This document shows positions 8,413-17,376 of a stretch of DNA of 32,000 nt, piece after piece. The notes beneath the pieces are model-generated. The model searched no databases and was not told the origin of the DNA. It was given only the letters and a program-made list of their open reading frames with translations. Made by a program: the position numbers and the translations under genes. Every line of letters begins with the position of its first letter. Within the stretch, counting starts at the first letter, position 1. Origin of the DNA: Candidatus Omnitrophota bacterium (GTDB lineage: Bacteria > Omnitrophota > Gorgyraeia > Zapsychrales > JANLHA01); NCBI GenBank assembly GCA_963662715.1, contig OY759724.1, positions 2,700,001 through 2,732,000 on the forward strand, written 5' to 3'.

Positions 8413-9381
8413 ATGCAAGCGATACGTATCCATAGTTTTGGTGACAGCCAGGTCCTGCGGTTTGAGTCCGTCGAATCACAAACCCCGCAGCCAGGCCAAA
8501 TCCTTGTTGAAATCAAGGCTGCCGGAGTCAACCCCGTTGACACATATATCCGTCAGGGGATGTATCCTCTTGATATTCAGCTTCCCTTTACCCCGGGCAT
8601 GGATGCCGCAGGCGTCATCCGTGAAGTCGGGGAGGGGGTGACCAGATTCGCAAAAGGTGACAGGGTTTATATCAGCGGGATTTATATCGGGACCTATGCG
8701 GAAGAAGCTGTCTGCCATGTTAATGAAGCGGTCTTCTTGCCGGACAATCTCAGCTTTTCCCAAGGGGCGGCCATTGGGGTGCCTTTTGCTACAGCTTATC
8801 GCGCTTTGTTCTCCAAGGCCCAGGCGGTCGATAAAGAGACCGTTATGGTTCACGGGGGTAGCGGAGGGGTGGGGACGGTGTCTGTTCAGCTTGCAAAATG
8901 CCTTGGCCTGAAGGTCATTGCAACAGCAGGAAGTGAAAAAGGGATGGCTTTACTTGAATCCCTTGGCGCGGATCTTGTTTTAAATCACAATAGCGGTCAT
9001 TATGCCAAAAAAGTTTTAGATTTTACCAATGGGCGCGGCGTTCAAATTATCCTGGAAATGCTGGCGAACAAAAATTTAGCGGAAGATTTAAAACTCCTCG
9101 ATCAGAATGGCCGGGTTGTCATTATCGGCTGCCGCGGGGAAATAGCCATCAACCCCCGTGATGCCATGGCCCGTGATGCGACGGTTTACGGGATGTCCCT
9201 GCTTAATTTAACGGCAGAGGAAAGACAGAAGATTTACCAGGCATTGACCTCGTATTTTCAGGACGGGAGACTTTCTCCCGTCATCGGCAGGGAATTGAAA
9301 CTGCAGGACGCCCCGTTGGCCCATGAAACCGTTATGCAGCAGGGAGCTTATGGAAAGATCGTTCTCCTTTGCGGCTCCTGA
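8413..9381 (+). CDS. NADPH:quinone oxidoreductase / zeta-crystallin-type medium-chain dehydrogenase
   Basis: MQAIRIHSFGD... is a typical Qor N-terminus, and a VHGGSGGVGT dinucleotide-binding loop is present. The track ORF starts 60 nt earlier (8353), which adds an atypical 20-aa extension. Confidence 0.8.
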   Translation: MQAIRIHSFGDSQVLRFESVESQTPQPGQILVEIKAAGVNPVDTYIRQGMYPLDIQLPFTPGMDAAGVIREVGEGVTRFAKGDRVYISGIYIGTYAEEAVCHVNEAVFLPDNLSFSQGAAIGVPFATAYRALFSKAQAVDKETVMVHGGSGGVGTVSVQLAKCLGLKVIATAGSEKGMALLESLGADLVLNHNSGHYAKKVLDFTNGRGVQIILEMLANKNLAEDLKLLDQNGRVVIIGCRGEIAINPRDAMARDATVYGMSLLNLTAEERQKIYQALTSYFQDGRLSPVIGRELKLQDAPLAHETVMQQGAYGKIVLLCGS

Positions 9382-9439
9382 TGCGGGTTTCCCGAGTTTG
9401 TAGCGTCTGTCATGCTCCATTTTAAAACCATATTTTGTC

Positions 9440-9922
9440 ATGCAAAAACGACCTTTTGGAGTTGCTGTCATTAGCAGTTTGATGATTGTCATTGGAGGCT
9501 TTTCGACTCTGATTATTTTTATCATCATCCTGGACTCCGTTCGTATTTACGGCTTCAGTTCCATCCTCATATCCAGCCCTGCGGCCCTGATCGGTTTTAT
9601 GTTGTACGGTTTAGTCCCGGTCCTGTTCTACGCTGCCGGAGTCAGTCTTTATATGGCGAGAAAATGGGCCAGGACCGTAACGGTCACGCTCATTCCTCTG
9701 GCGAGTTTTCTGCTTTTTATCAATTGGAAATACCGGCTTGCCCATGAACAGACAGTGCTTTTTAATCCCGGGATCGGGGATGTGGTTTATGAAAGGCTTG
9801 ATTTCTTTTTGTTGTCTCTTTTACAGTTTTTCTTGGTCTTCATTCCTATCGAATATTATTTTCACCGCCCCCATGTCATGAGTTATTTTCATGATGTCGA
9901 AACGAAACCAGTTTCCTCATGA
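9440..9922 (+). CDS. Polytopic membrane protein, unknown function
   Basis: 160 aa with four to five hydrophobic helices. No recognisable motif. Confidence 0.55.
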   Translation: MQKRPFGVAVISSLMIVIGGFSTLIIFIIILDSVRIYGFSSILISSPAALIGFMLYGLVPVLFYAAGVSLYMARKWARTVTVTLIPLASFLLFINWKYRLAHEQTVLFNPGIGDVVYERLDFFLLSLLQFFLVFIPIEYYFHRPHVMSYFHDVETKPVSS

Positions 9923-10081
9923 TCCTCTATAGTATTATTTATTAAATTAACCCCGCCTCTCTTGTTTTGCCTAAAGAATATGTTACACTTTCCTTATAAT
10001 TCTTCTGAGAGGAAGAAAACGCTTTTTTCTATGTAAGATGTTTATTTTTAATATGTTATGTATTATTAGAGCGGTCTGCCA

Positions 10082-11254
10082 ATGAATAATATCTGCTTGA
10101 AACACACATATATAAGAAGGACAAGACTTATTCTTTGTTTGATAATCTGTTTTTTCATAACAGAAAAGAATGCCTGTTCCTTCACGACGCCGCATCCGGT
10201 GGATTGTTTTGAAAAAGGTCTCAAAGCCCTGGAGACCTATAACGGGGACGTCCAGGACTTGGCCGAAGCCAAACAGATCTTCGGGAATATTATCCTCCGT
10301 TATCCGGACTCTCCGCTGGGTTATCTGGGGATGAGCCGTGTCCAGATCATCGAAGCCACTCTGTTCGACAAGCATTACAATATGAAGCTGATTCATGAAG
10401 AAGCCCTGCCTAATGCCGTTAAGGCTCTTGAATTAGGGCCGACTTTGCGCGGTGTGCATGAACACTACTCTGACATAGAAAAAATTTTTGAGAACTATTA
10501 CCTTTATAAAAAAGAAGCACAGATTTATCTGACGCTATATCCGGATGATCCTAAAACATTTTTTGTCGCCGGATCGTTTGTCCTGGAGCAGGATGAACTG
10601 CAGAAAGCCGTTGAATATTTGTTAATCGCTCTTGATATGAATCCTCATCCGGAATTGCGGCAGCAGATATTAAAAAGGCTGGCGTGGATTAATCTTAACA
10701 AGTTTCAGAACTACAACGAAACGGTCAAATACTGCAAAGAGGCCTTGGAACTTCAAACGGAATCCCCGGAAATTATCGAGTACTTGGGGCTCGCCTATTT
10801 GAAGCTGGGGGAATACCGTGAGTCGGTGAGGTCCCTGTCCCGTGCCCTACACATGAAGACGTCCAGTCCCGCAGCCCAGTATTACTTTCTCCTGGCGCAA
10901 GGGCACTTGGCAGAAAAGAACGGTGATATCCGCGATGCCGTACATTTCTTTGAAAAAGCTTTGCACACCCGGAACAGGAGTATTGACATCCATTACAAAC
11001 TGGGGAATCTATATTTTGATATGGCTGATTATAAAAAAGCCTATGATCATTTCCGACGGGTTATAGATTTGCAGCCGGATAAGGCCAATGCCTATTTCTT
11101 TGCCGGGCGTTCGATTCAGTCTTTGGGGAATAATCACCTGGCCGTAAATTATTTTTCCAAGTACCTCACGTTCAAGACCGATGAGCAGAAGGTGAAGTGG
11201 ATACGACAGAATATGCCTGATTTATTCTTTCATGACCAGCTTGGTCAGAGATAG
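10082..11254 (+). CDS. Secreted TPR-repeat protein
   Basis: N-terminal hydrophobic signal followed by multiple TPR units (e.g. EYLGLAYLKLGEYRESVRSLSRAL, YKLGNLYFDMADYKKAYDHFRRVIDLQPD). Confidence 0.75.
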   Translation: MNNICLKHTYIRRTRLILCLIICFFITEKNACSFTTPHPVDCFEKGLKALETYNGDVQDLAEAKQIFGNIILRYPDSPLGYLGMSRVQIIEATLFDKHYNMKLIHEEALPNAVKALELGPTLRGVHEHYSDIEKIFENYYLYKKEAQIYLTLYPDDPKTFFVAGSFVLEQDELQKAVEYLLIALDMNPHPELRQQILKRLAWINLNKFQNYNETVKYCKEALELQTESPEIIEYLGLAYLKLGEYRESVRSLSRALHMKTSSPAAQYYFLLAQGHLAEKNGDIRDAVHFFEKALHTRNRSIDIHYKLGNLYFDMADYKKAYDHFRRVIDLQPDKANAYFFAGRSIQSLGNNHLAVNYFSKYLTFKTDEQKVKWIRQNMPDLFFHDQLGQR

Positions 11255-11300
11255 TGCGTCATTGGACTCATGGAGAAACCTGTGAGCAGGAAGAGGGATC

Positions 11301-12497
11301 ATGCAGATAAACCCCGGAATGAAAAGAAAATTATCCGTTCTGGTCGTTGAAAACAATCAGGTCGACAGCAGGATGCTGAGAGGGATGCTGGAGAAGACGA
11401 CGTACGGATCCTTTTCCCTCGAATGCTGTGAATGTCTGGCCAAGGCCTGTGAGGCTTTGGCGCAGCATGATTATGACGTGATCCTCCTGGACCTGAACCT
11501 GGCGGACAGCCGCGGGCTGGACACTTTAGACAAAATCCACAGCAAATTCCCCCACTTACCCATTGTTATCAACACCGGAGCCTACCAGGATAATCTGGGA
11601 TTAAAAGCCATCACAAGCGGGGCTCAGGATTATCTGATCAAAGGAAAATATCTGCCGTACGGGTTAAGTAAGTCGCTTTATTATGCCGTAGAAAGAAAAA
11701 AGGCCGAGCAGGAATTAAAGGCGGCCTATAATTATTTGAGAGAAACACAGGCTCAGCTCATACAGGCAGAAAAGATTAATGTGATCGGCGGATTAGCCAG
11801 CGGAGTGGCCCATGAAGTCAAGAATCCGTTAGCCACGATCATTTACGGGATCGAGTTCTTGTATACCAAATTCGAAGATGTTGAAGATGATCAGATTCAG
11901 GTAACGTTAAAAGCGATTCACGAGGCGGCCACCAAGGCCAACCGGATCATCAAAGACCTTTTAGACTTTGCGAGTCTCTCAGCCCTGCAGAGAAAGAGCG
12001 AAGACATCAATCAGGTGATAGACCACGCTTTAACGCTTATTCACCACCAGTGCGACAAGCTATCCATTGCTATTCAGAAACGTTATGATGAAACTCTGCC
12101 CCTGATACATATCGACAGAAACCGGATTGAACAGGTCATACTTGATTTGACTCTGAACGCCATTCAGTCGATGAAAAAAGGCGGGCAGCTGGAGATCGCG
12201 ACTTACCAGAAGGAATATGAGAAGGAGGACGACGGATGGCCCGGCCCTCCGTCAAACGATTTTAGGCCCGGCGACCCGGTCGTCATCGTTGATATTGCCG
12301 ACAGCGGTTCCGGTATCGGCGAGAAATTATTAACAAAAATATTTGATCCGTTTTTCACGACAAAGCGGGCTGAGGGAGGCGTGGGGCTCGGGTTGTCGAT
12401 TGCCCGGACGATCATGCACAACCATAAAGGCTTGATCAGCATAAAAAACAGGGAAAACGGAGCCGGGGCGCAGGCCCGGCTCATTTTTAAAGTGTGA
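11301..12497 (+). CDS. Hybrid receiver-histidine kinase (REC-HisKA-HATPase)
   Basis: N-terminal receiver (VILLDLNLAD), H-box SGVAHEVKNPL, N-box LTLNAIQSM, G1 DSGSGI and G2 GGVGLGLS. There is no TM segment or other sensor domain. Confidence 0.9.
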   Translation: MQINPGMKRKLSVLVVENNQVDSRMLRGMLEKTTYGSFSLECCECLAKACEALAQHDYDVILLDLNLADSRGLDTLDKIHSKFPHLPIVINTGAYQDNLGLKAITSGAQDYLIKGKYLPYGLSKSLYYAVERKKAEQELKAAYNYLRETQAQLIQAEKINVIGGLASGVAHEVKNPLATIIYGIEFLYTKFEDVEDDQIQVTLKAIHEAATKANRIIKDLLDFASLSALQRKSEDINQVIDHALTLIHHQCDKLSIAIQKRYDETLPLIHIDRNRIEQVILDLTLNAIQSMKKGGQLEIATYQKEYEKEDDGWPGPPSNDFRPGDPVVIVDIADSGSGIGEKLLTKIFDPFFTTKRAEGGVGLGLSIARTIMHNHKGLISIKNRENGAGAQARLIFKV

Positions 12498-12507
12498 GCG
12501 GGACAGG

Positions 12508-12885
12508 ATGCGAAAGGCAAAGATCCTTATTATAGATGATGAACGCGGTTTTACTGAAATGGTGAAGCTTAACCTTGAGTCGACGAACCGCTACCGGGTT
12601 ATTGTTGAGAATGATTCGCAAATCGCCCTGGAGACCATCATCCGGACGCAGCCGGATATTATTCTGCTGGATGTCATCATGCCGTATAAAGAAGGGCCGG
12701 ACATCGTTTATCAGGTCAGAAATCACCCGCTTGTCCAGGATATCCCCATCATTTTTTTTACCGCCACCATTACAAAAAATGAAGCGTCATCGGATTGCGG
12801 TATCGTCGGAGGACACTATTTTCTTGCCAAACCATCCTCGGTCGAAGAACTGATCGCCTGTATTGAGAGCCATTTGGATGATTGA
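12508..12885 (+). CDS. Stand-alone response regulator receiver protein
   Basis: LIIDDERG, ILLDVIMP, FFTAT and LAKPS motifs. It starts 10 nt after the kinase gene. Confidence 0.85.
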   Translation: MRKAKILIIDDERGFTEMVKLNLESTNRYRVIVENDSQIALETIIRTQPDIILLDVIMPYKEGPDIVYQVRNHPLVQDIPIIFFTATITKNEASSDCGIVGGHYFLAKPSSVEELIACIESHLDD

Positions 12886-12961
12886 AGACATCCCCCGGCT
12901 CTTCCAATCTCGCGGGACTCCTAAAATAAAAGACATTATATGTTTTCCATTTTAGAATTTT

Positions 12962-12970
12962 TGCTATAAT
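12962..12970 (+). promoter_or_regulatory. Extended -10 promoter element (TGcTATAAT)
   Basis: An exact TGnTATAAT overlaps the first ATG of the track ORF 12969..13901. Confidence 0.4.
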
Positions 12971-13901
12971 GCAGCCGATGAACCGTAAAGGCGCTTTTAT
13001 TTCCAGAATTTACGTATTTATCCTCAGCAGCTTTTTAGGCATGGCGAGTATGCCTTCATCGGGGGCGGCGTCCCTGTTTGATAAGCATACGGAAGGGGAT
13101 TGGACATTTTTTATCCGGAGTGCAAAGCTTGTCCCTCTGCCGATCCAAGCCGAACTTGTCCAGGCCCCGTTTTCTTCGCCGCATCTTGTTTGGTCAGAGG
13201 ACGAATCCCTGCAAATCCTGTCCATTGAACTGGCCATCCTGTATAAGGGGCAACCGTATGCTGTGAAGGATCCGAGTCAAATCCATTTTGACCTGAAAGA
13301 CCGCAAAGGAACGCCCATGCACCTTTTAAGTGCTGAGCAGGGAGCAGGGGCTTTTGAGCTTCCTGCCGTAAAGGAGTCGTCTGACGCACCTCCTGACCTG
13401 CTGTCCAATAACGTTTATTTTCAGCTGTCTCATCAGGCCCTGGATGATTTTTCTCTGCAGGTAGATATCGCAGAGCCCGGCATTCATTCGGCATTTGAAC
13501 TTCCCGTCCCCAAGGACATGATTCAGGTTGTTTCACGCGCCGCCCAAGAACGCACACCGGTTGAGGAGGATATCATCATCCTTTCTCCCGCCCCCGGAAT
13601 GCCTGTTTGCCCGGGGGACGAGGTCTCTTTGAATATTGAGTTTTCCGATCATGTCGCGAGGCCGGATAAGATATTGATCCTCTCACCTTTTTATTCTTTC
13701 GAAGATGCGTATGCCAACGGTCATTATGCCCTGCGTATTGAAAAGCACGCCCCGCTCGGCGCCTATGACGTTCTTATTATTGCCGTCTGGGACAGCCGTC
13801 ATCTGCAGACTACAGCATCTAAGTTATTGCCGTTAAAAGTGATAAATAACAGGAAGAAGAATCCTGCCCCGCGCATGTGCCCTTTGCTTCGGGAAATCTG
13901 A
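12969..13901 (+). CDS. Secreted protein, unknown function
   Basis: 310-aa ORF with a signal peptide (ISRIYVFILSSFLGMASMPSSGAAS). No recognisable catalytic motif. The start may be the ATG at 12978. Confidence 0.6.
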   Translation: MQPMNRKGAFISRIYVFILSSFLGMASMPSSGAASLFDKHTEGDWTFFIRSAKLVPLPIQAELVQAPFSSPHLVWSEDESLQILSIELAILYKGQPYAVKDPSQIHFDLKDRKGTPMHLLSAEQGAGAFELPAVKESSDAPPDLLSNNVYFQLSHQALDDFSLQVDIAEPGIHSAFELPVPKDMIQVVSRAAQERTPVEEDIIILSPAPGMPVCPGDEVSLNIEFSDHVARPDKILILSPFYSFEDAYANGHYALRIEKHAPLGAYDVLIIAVWDSRHLQTTASKLLPLKVINNRKKNPAPRMCPLLREI

Positions 13902-13933
13902 GGTGTTTTTCTCGGGCGATGATGATCTAGTCC

Positions 13934-13962
13934 TTGAATCTGAATATTTTTAGTGATATAAT
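13934..13962 (+). promoter_or_regulatory. Near-consensus sigma-70 promoter (TTGAAT-17 nt-TATAAT)
   Basis: TTGAAT at 13934-13939, a 17-nt spacer, and TATAAT at 13957-13962. It lies inside the TTG-initiated 5-prime extension of the track ORF, which argues for the ATG at 14009. Confidence 0.6.
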
Positions 13963-14008
13963 TCTCCGATTATTCATTTCATTTATTAATCCCGGAAACA
14001 AAACTATT

Positions 14009-15643
14009 ATGCGCAGAGCGTTAACAATTATTCTTTGCTTATGTTTACTGTCGTCCTTTTGGGCCTGTCCCTGTCCGGTTCATGCGGAGGATGATTATTC
14101 CCTGGTCTCTTATTATTTGTCCCGGGGCGAGAAGAAACTTGAGAAAGAGGACTTTCTTGCGGCGATGAATCAGTTCCTGATTGTCATGCTGCTGGAACCC
14201 TCCCAGAAAGCCGCCCGGGAATATCTCCAGCGTTCGGAAATCAGTGCCGTATTGCCCGCACAGTTTGATCAATATAAGCTGAAGAAATTCCTTGATCTTG
14301 CGGACCAGACCGATTTCCTGAACTCCCGTATTGCCTATGTCGATGAGTCTAACGAAAGACTGTTTGATTTTATTCACAAGAATAACCTTGTGACAGCGGA
14401 GAACCGGGATAATATCAACGCTTTAATGGCTCTTGTCAAACCCAAGAGAGATATTTCTTCGCTGACGGCTAAATTAGAACAGTTGCGGGATGCCGAAGAC
14501 GTCGAAACTCTGGGCCTGGCCATTAAACTGATGCTTGAACAGAAAGAACGGTCGATCCAAGTGTTGCAGGCAAGACAAAAAATCAATAAACAGCTGCGGA
14601 CATTGAAACAGGCGTTGCTGGAAAAGGAAATCTCCCGTCAGAAATCTGCTGAGGTTGAAACGGACGGTCAGCGCTTTAGCCGCATCCGGGAGCGTTTGGC
14701 GGAGAAGGAAATGCAGATAAAAACACAGGATGATCAGATGAAAGTTCTTCGGGAGGAGCTGACGGCTGTCCGTCTGCAATTTGCCGATATGCAGGCGAAA
14801 ATGAACACGACCGACCAGAAATTAGCCGTGTTAACGAAGGAACTTGCCGGGATGTCCCTGGATGTTTTGAGCAAAGAAAAACTCATTGAAAAAAGGAACG
14901 AGACGATAGAGGATCTGAACGCGCAATTAGAGGAAGCACAGGCACAAATGCAGCTTATTCAGGGCATTATTCAGGAGAAGGATGGCCAGATCACCGAATT
15001 TAAGAAACAATTGAATCAGATGAAAGAGCTCGTTGAGACCCGGGAGACATCCGTATTTAACCAGCCGGAAAGGATCCCGGAAGATATGTATCCTGAGGAC
15101 GACACGGTTGTTTTCACCGATGAAGCGCAGAATAAACTGGATAGCTTTGAACAGAAACTGGAAGCCCTGACTTTAAAATATCAGACATTAGAAGGCGTTG
15201 TCCAGGAAAAGGAGGCGCAGATCGATCAGCTGAACCAACTCGTGGGTGTTTTAGACGGGAAAATTATTTCCTACCGGCAGACAAACACAAAAAAGATCCG
15301 GGAACTGAACCAGGTCTACGGAATATTGGAAATTTATAAAGGCCGGTTGGAACAAACATGTGATCTTCTCAAGAAGAAAGAACAGTATATCATAGAAGTT
15401 GAACAGCAGCTGCGTGGCCTAGAAAGCCTTTTTGACAAACATTCATTCGATTTAACGGGTGAATCTCTCCCTGCCGAAGAAGAGACGGATGAAGAGGAAT
15501 ACGTTCCCCCCGCAGAGTCTCTGATTCAAGAACCTCCGGAGAAATCTCAAGAGTCTCCTGTCTTTGAAAGTACAAAGCAGCATATTCAGAGTTTGCTTAT
15601 GAATGCCAGGCCCCTGAATTACAGTATTATTCATTTTGAATAA
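14009..15643 (+). CDS. Secreted long coiled-coil protein with N-terminal TPR-like helix pair
   Basis: Signal peptide (MRRALTIILCLCLLSSFWACPCPVHA|EDD). About 400 aa follow of heptad-like, E/K/Q/L-rich sequence, then an acidic C-terminal tail. Confidence 0.7.
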   Translation: MRRALTIILCLCLLSSFWACPCPVHAEDDYSLVSYYLSRGEKKLEKEDFLAAMNQFLIVMLLEPSQKAAREYLQRSEISAVLPAQFDQYKLKKFLDLADQTDFLNSRIAYVDESNERLFDFIHKNNLVTAENRDNINALMALVKPKRDISSLTAKLEQLRDAEDVETLGLAIKLMLEQKERSIQVLQARQKINKQLRTLKQALLEKEISRQKSAEVETDGQRFSRIRERLAEKEMQIKTQDDQMKVLREELTAVRLQFADMQAKMNTTDQKLAVLTKELAGMSLDVLSKEKLIEKRNETIEDLNAQLEEAQAQMQLIQGIIQEKDGQITEFKKQLNQMKELVETRETSVFNQPERIPEDMYPEDDTVVFTDEAQNKLDSFEQKLEALTLKYQTLEGVVQEKEAQIDQLNQLVGVLDGKIISYRQTNTKKIRELNQVYGILEIYKGRLEQTCDLLKKKEQYIIEVEQQLRGLESLFDKHSFDLTGESLPAEEETDEEEYVPPAESLIQEPPEKSQESPVFESTKQHIQSLLMNARPLNYSIIHFE

Positions 15644-15676
15644 ATCATAACAATATATCTACGGATGGAGTTATTT

Positions 15677-17155
15677 ATGAAGAAAGCAGTAACCTGTTGT
15701 ATTCTTTCTGTATGCCTCTGTTGTGTCATCCCTTCTCAGGGGCATTGCAAGGACCATCGTGATTCCGTGGTTAAGATTTTTGTGACTTCAAACAGCATGG
15801 ATTATTACCGCCCCTGGCAGTCCCGGGGAAGCTATTCATCGACTGGGTCGGGATGCGTCCTCGAGGGGCAGCGCATTATTACCAATGCGCATGTTGTGGC
15901 GGATAATACGTTCATTCAAGTGCGGAAGGAATCAGACCCGACCAAATATACGGCAAAAGTGGAGGCTGTCGGTCATGACTGTGACTTGGCTATTCTTAAA
16001 GTCGACAATCCGGAATTTTTTGCCGGAATTACCCCTCTGCAATTCGGGGAGCTTCCCCAGTTGCAGGATACCGTCGTTGTCCTCGGTTTCCCGCAGGGAG
16101 GAGACAAGTTGTCCATTACGGAGGGTGTGATTTCGAGGATTGAAATAGTCCCTTATGTGCAGAGCTCCAAAAGACTCCTGGCCGTGCAGATCGATGCGGC
16201 CATAAATCCGGGGAATAGCGGCGGGCCGGTTATCAAGGATGGCAAGATTGTCGGCGTGGCCATGCAGGCGATGAGCCACAGCCAGAATATCGGGTATATG
16301 ATCCCGGTGCCGATTATTGAACACTTTCTTGAGGATTTGGAGGATAACGGTGAATACAACGGGTTCCCCAGCTTGGGCGTGGAATACAATAATACGGAAA
16401 GTCCCGCTTTAAGGGATTATTATCGCTTGGAAAAGCAGCATGGGGGCGTTTACATTACAAGGGTCTTGCCGTTCTCTTCCGCTGACGGGATTTTAGAGGA
16501 GGGAGACGTGGTCCTGGAAGTCAACGGCGTTCCTATCGGGATGGACGGGACTTTCGAGTTTCGCGAGAATGAACGCTTGAGTTTTTCTTACCTCGTGCAT
16601 AACCAGTATATTGGAAATTCTGTCCCTGTTAAAATTGCCAGAGACGGTAAAATCTTGGAAGAAACCGTTCGTTTCAAACAATTCGTCGGGATGATCCCTC
16701 ATCCGCATTATTATGAAAAACCCTCTTATTATATTTACGGAGGATTTGTCTTCACGGTTTTAAGTACGGATTTGTTGCGTTCCTGGGGAAAGCAATGGTG
16801 GGAAAAAGCTCCTTTGGTTTTTCTTAATCATTTTATGGGCAATGGCCGGTTGAATTTGGAGCGGAAAAAGGAGGTCGTTGTCCTTTTGCAGGTTCTGCCG
16901 GACGATATCAATATCGGTTATCATGATATGAGCAACGAGGTGATCGAGAAGGTCAACGGGAAAGAGTTTTCTTCTTTCAGGGAATTTATTGAGATAATCG
17001 CCAATACAAAACCACCTGTTACTTTTATCGAGACAGGCCTGCATCACCACATTATTATTAACAATAACGAAATAAATCAGATTACCCGGAACATTATAGA
17101 ACGTAACAATATCCCGGCGCAGTTTTCTGAAGATGTCGCTGGCTGGTTGCCGTGA
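15677..17155 (+). CDS. Deg/HtrA-type (S1C) serine protease with PDZ-like region
   Basis: Catalytic triad contexts are present: ITNAHVV (His), DCDLAILKV (Asp) and NPGNSGGPV (Ser). It has a signal peptide. GGAG lies 6 nt upstream of the ATG at 15677; the track start is 15665. Confidence 0.85.
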   Translation: MKKAVTCCILSVCLCCVIPSQGHCKDHRDSVVKIFVTSNSMDYYRPWQSRGSYSSTGSGCVLEGQRIITNAHVVADNTFIQVRKESDPTKYTAKVEAVGHDCDLAILKVDNPEFFAGITPLQFGELPQLQDTVVVLGFPQGGDKLSITEGVISRIEIVPYVQSSKRLLAVQIDAAINPGNSGGPVIKDGKIVGVAMQAMSHSQNIGYMIPVPIIEHFLEDLEDNGEYNGFPSLGVEYNNTESPALRDYYRLEKQHGGVYITRVLPFSSADGILEEGDVVLEVNGVPIGMDGTFEFRENERLSFSYLVHNQYIGNSVPVKIARDGKILEETVRFKQFVGMIPHPHYYEKPSYYIYGGFVFTVLSTDLLRSWGKQWWEKAPLVFLNHFMGNGRLNLERKKEVVVLLQVLPDDINIGYHDMSNEVIEKVNGKEFSSFREFIEIIANTKPPVTFIETGLHHHIIINNNEINQITRNIIERNNIPAQFSEDVAGWLP

Positions 17156-17376
17156 TTTCCGGAGCTATACGTAAAATTTTTTCATATCCTTAGCCTGTTG
17201 ACCGGTTTTTCCGGCAGATCTAATTCGCCGGGGGCAGGTCTCTTTTTCTTCTTTTTTCGCTTCTTACATCCCCTGTATTCTGCTGAAATTTTTTAAGGAC
17301 GTATCTCCCTGTAATATAAATATTTATAGAATAGAAATTTCTGTACTTTAGCTTATATTTTTAGTAAAATATTGCT

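Noticed and set aside
9983-10396. 137-aa minus-strand ORF overlapping the start of the TPR gene
   Set aside because: It is antisense to a frame with clear TPR repeats, and it has no RBS or motif.
17213-17262. Possible terminator after the protease gene (agatct...aggtct followed by a T-rich run)
   Set aside because: The stem is only 6 bp, includes a G-U pair, and has a 14-nt loop. That is too weak to call, even though the T-rich tract is suggestive.
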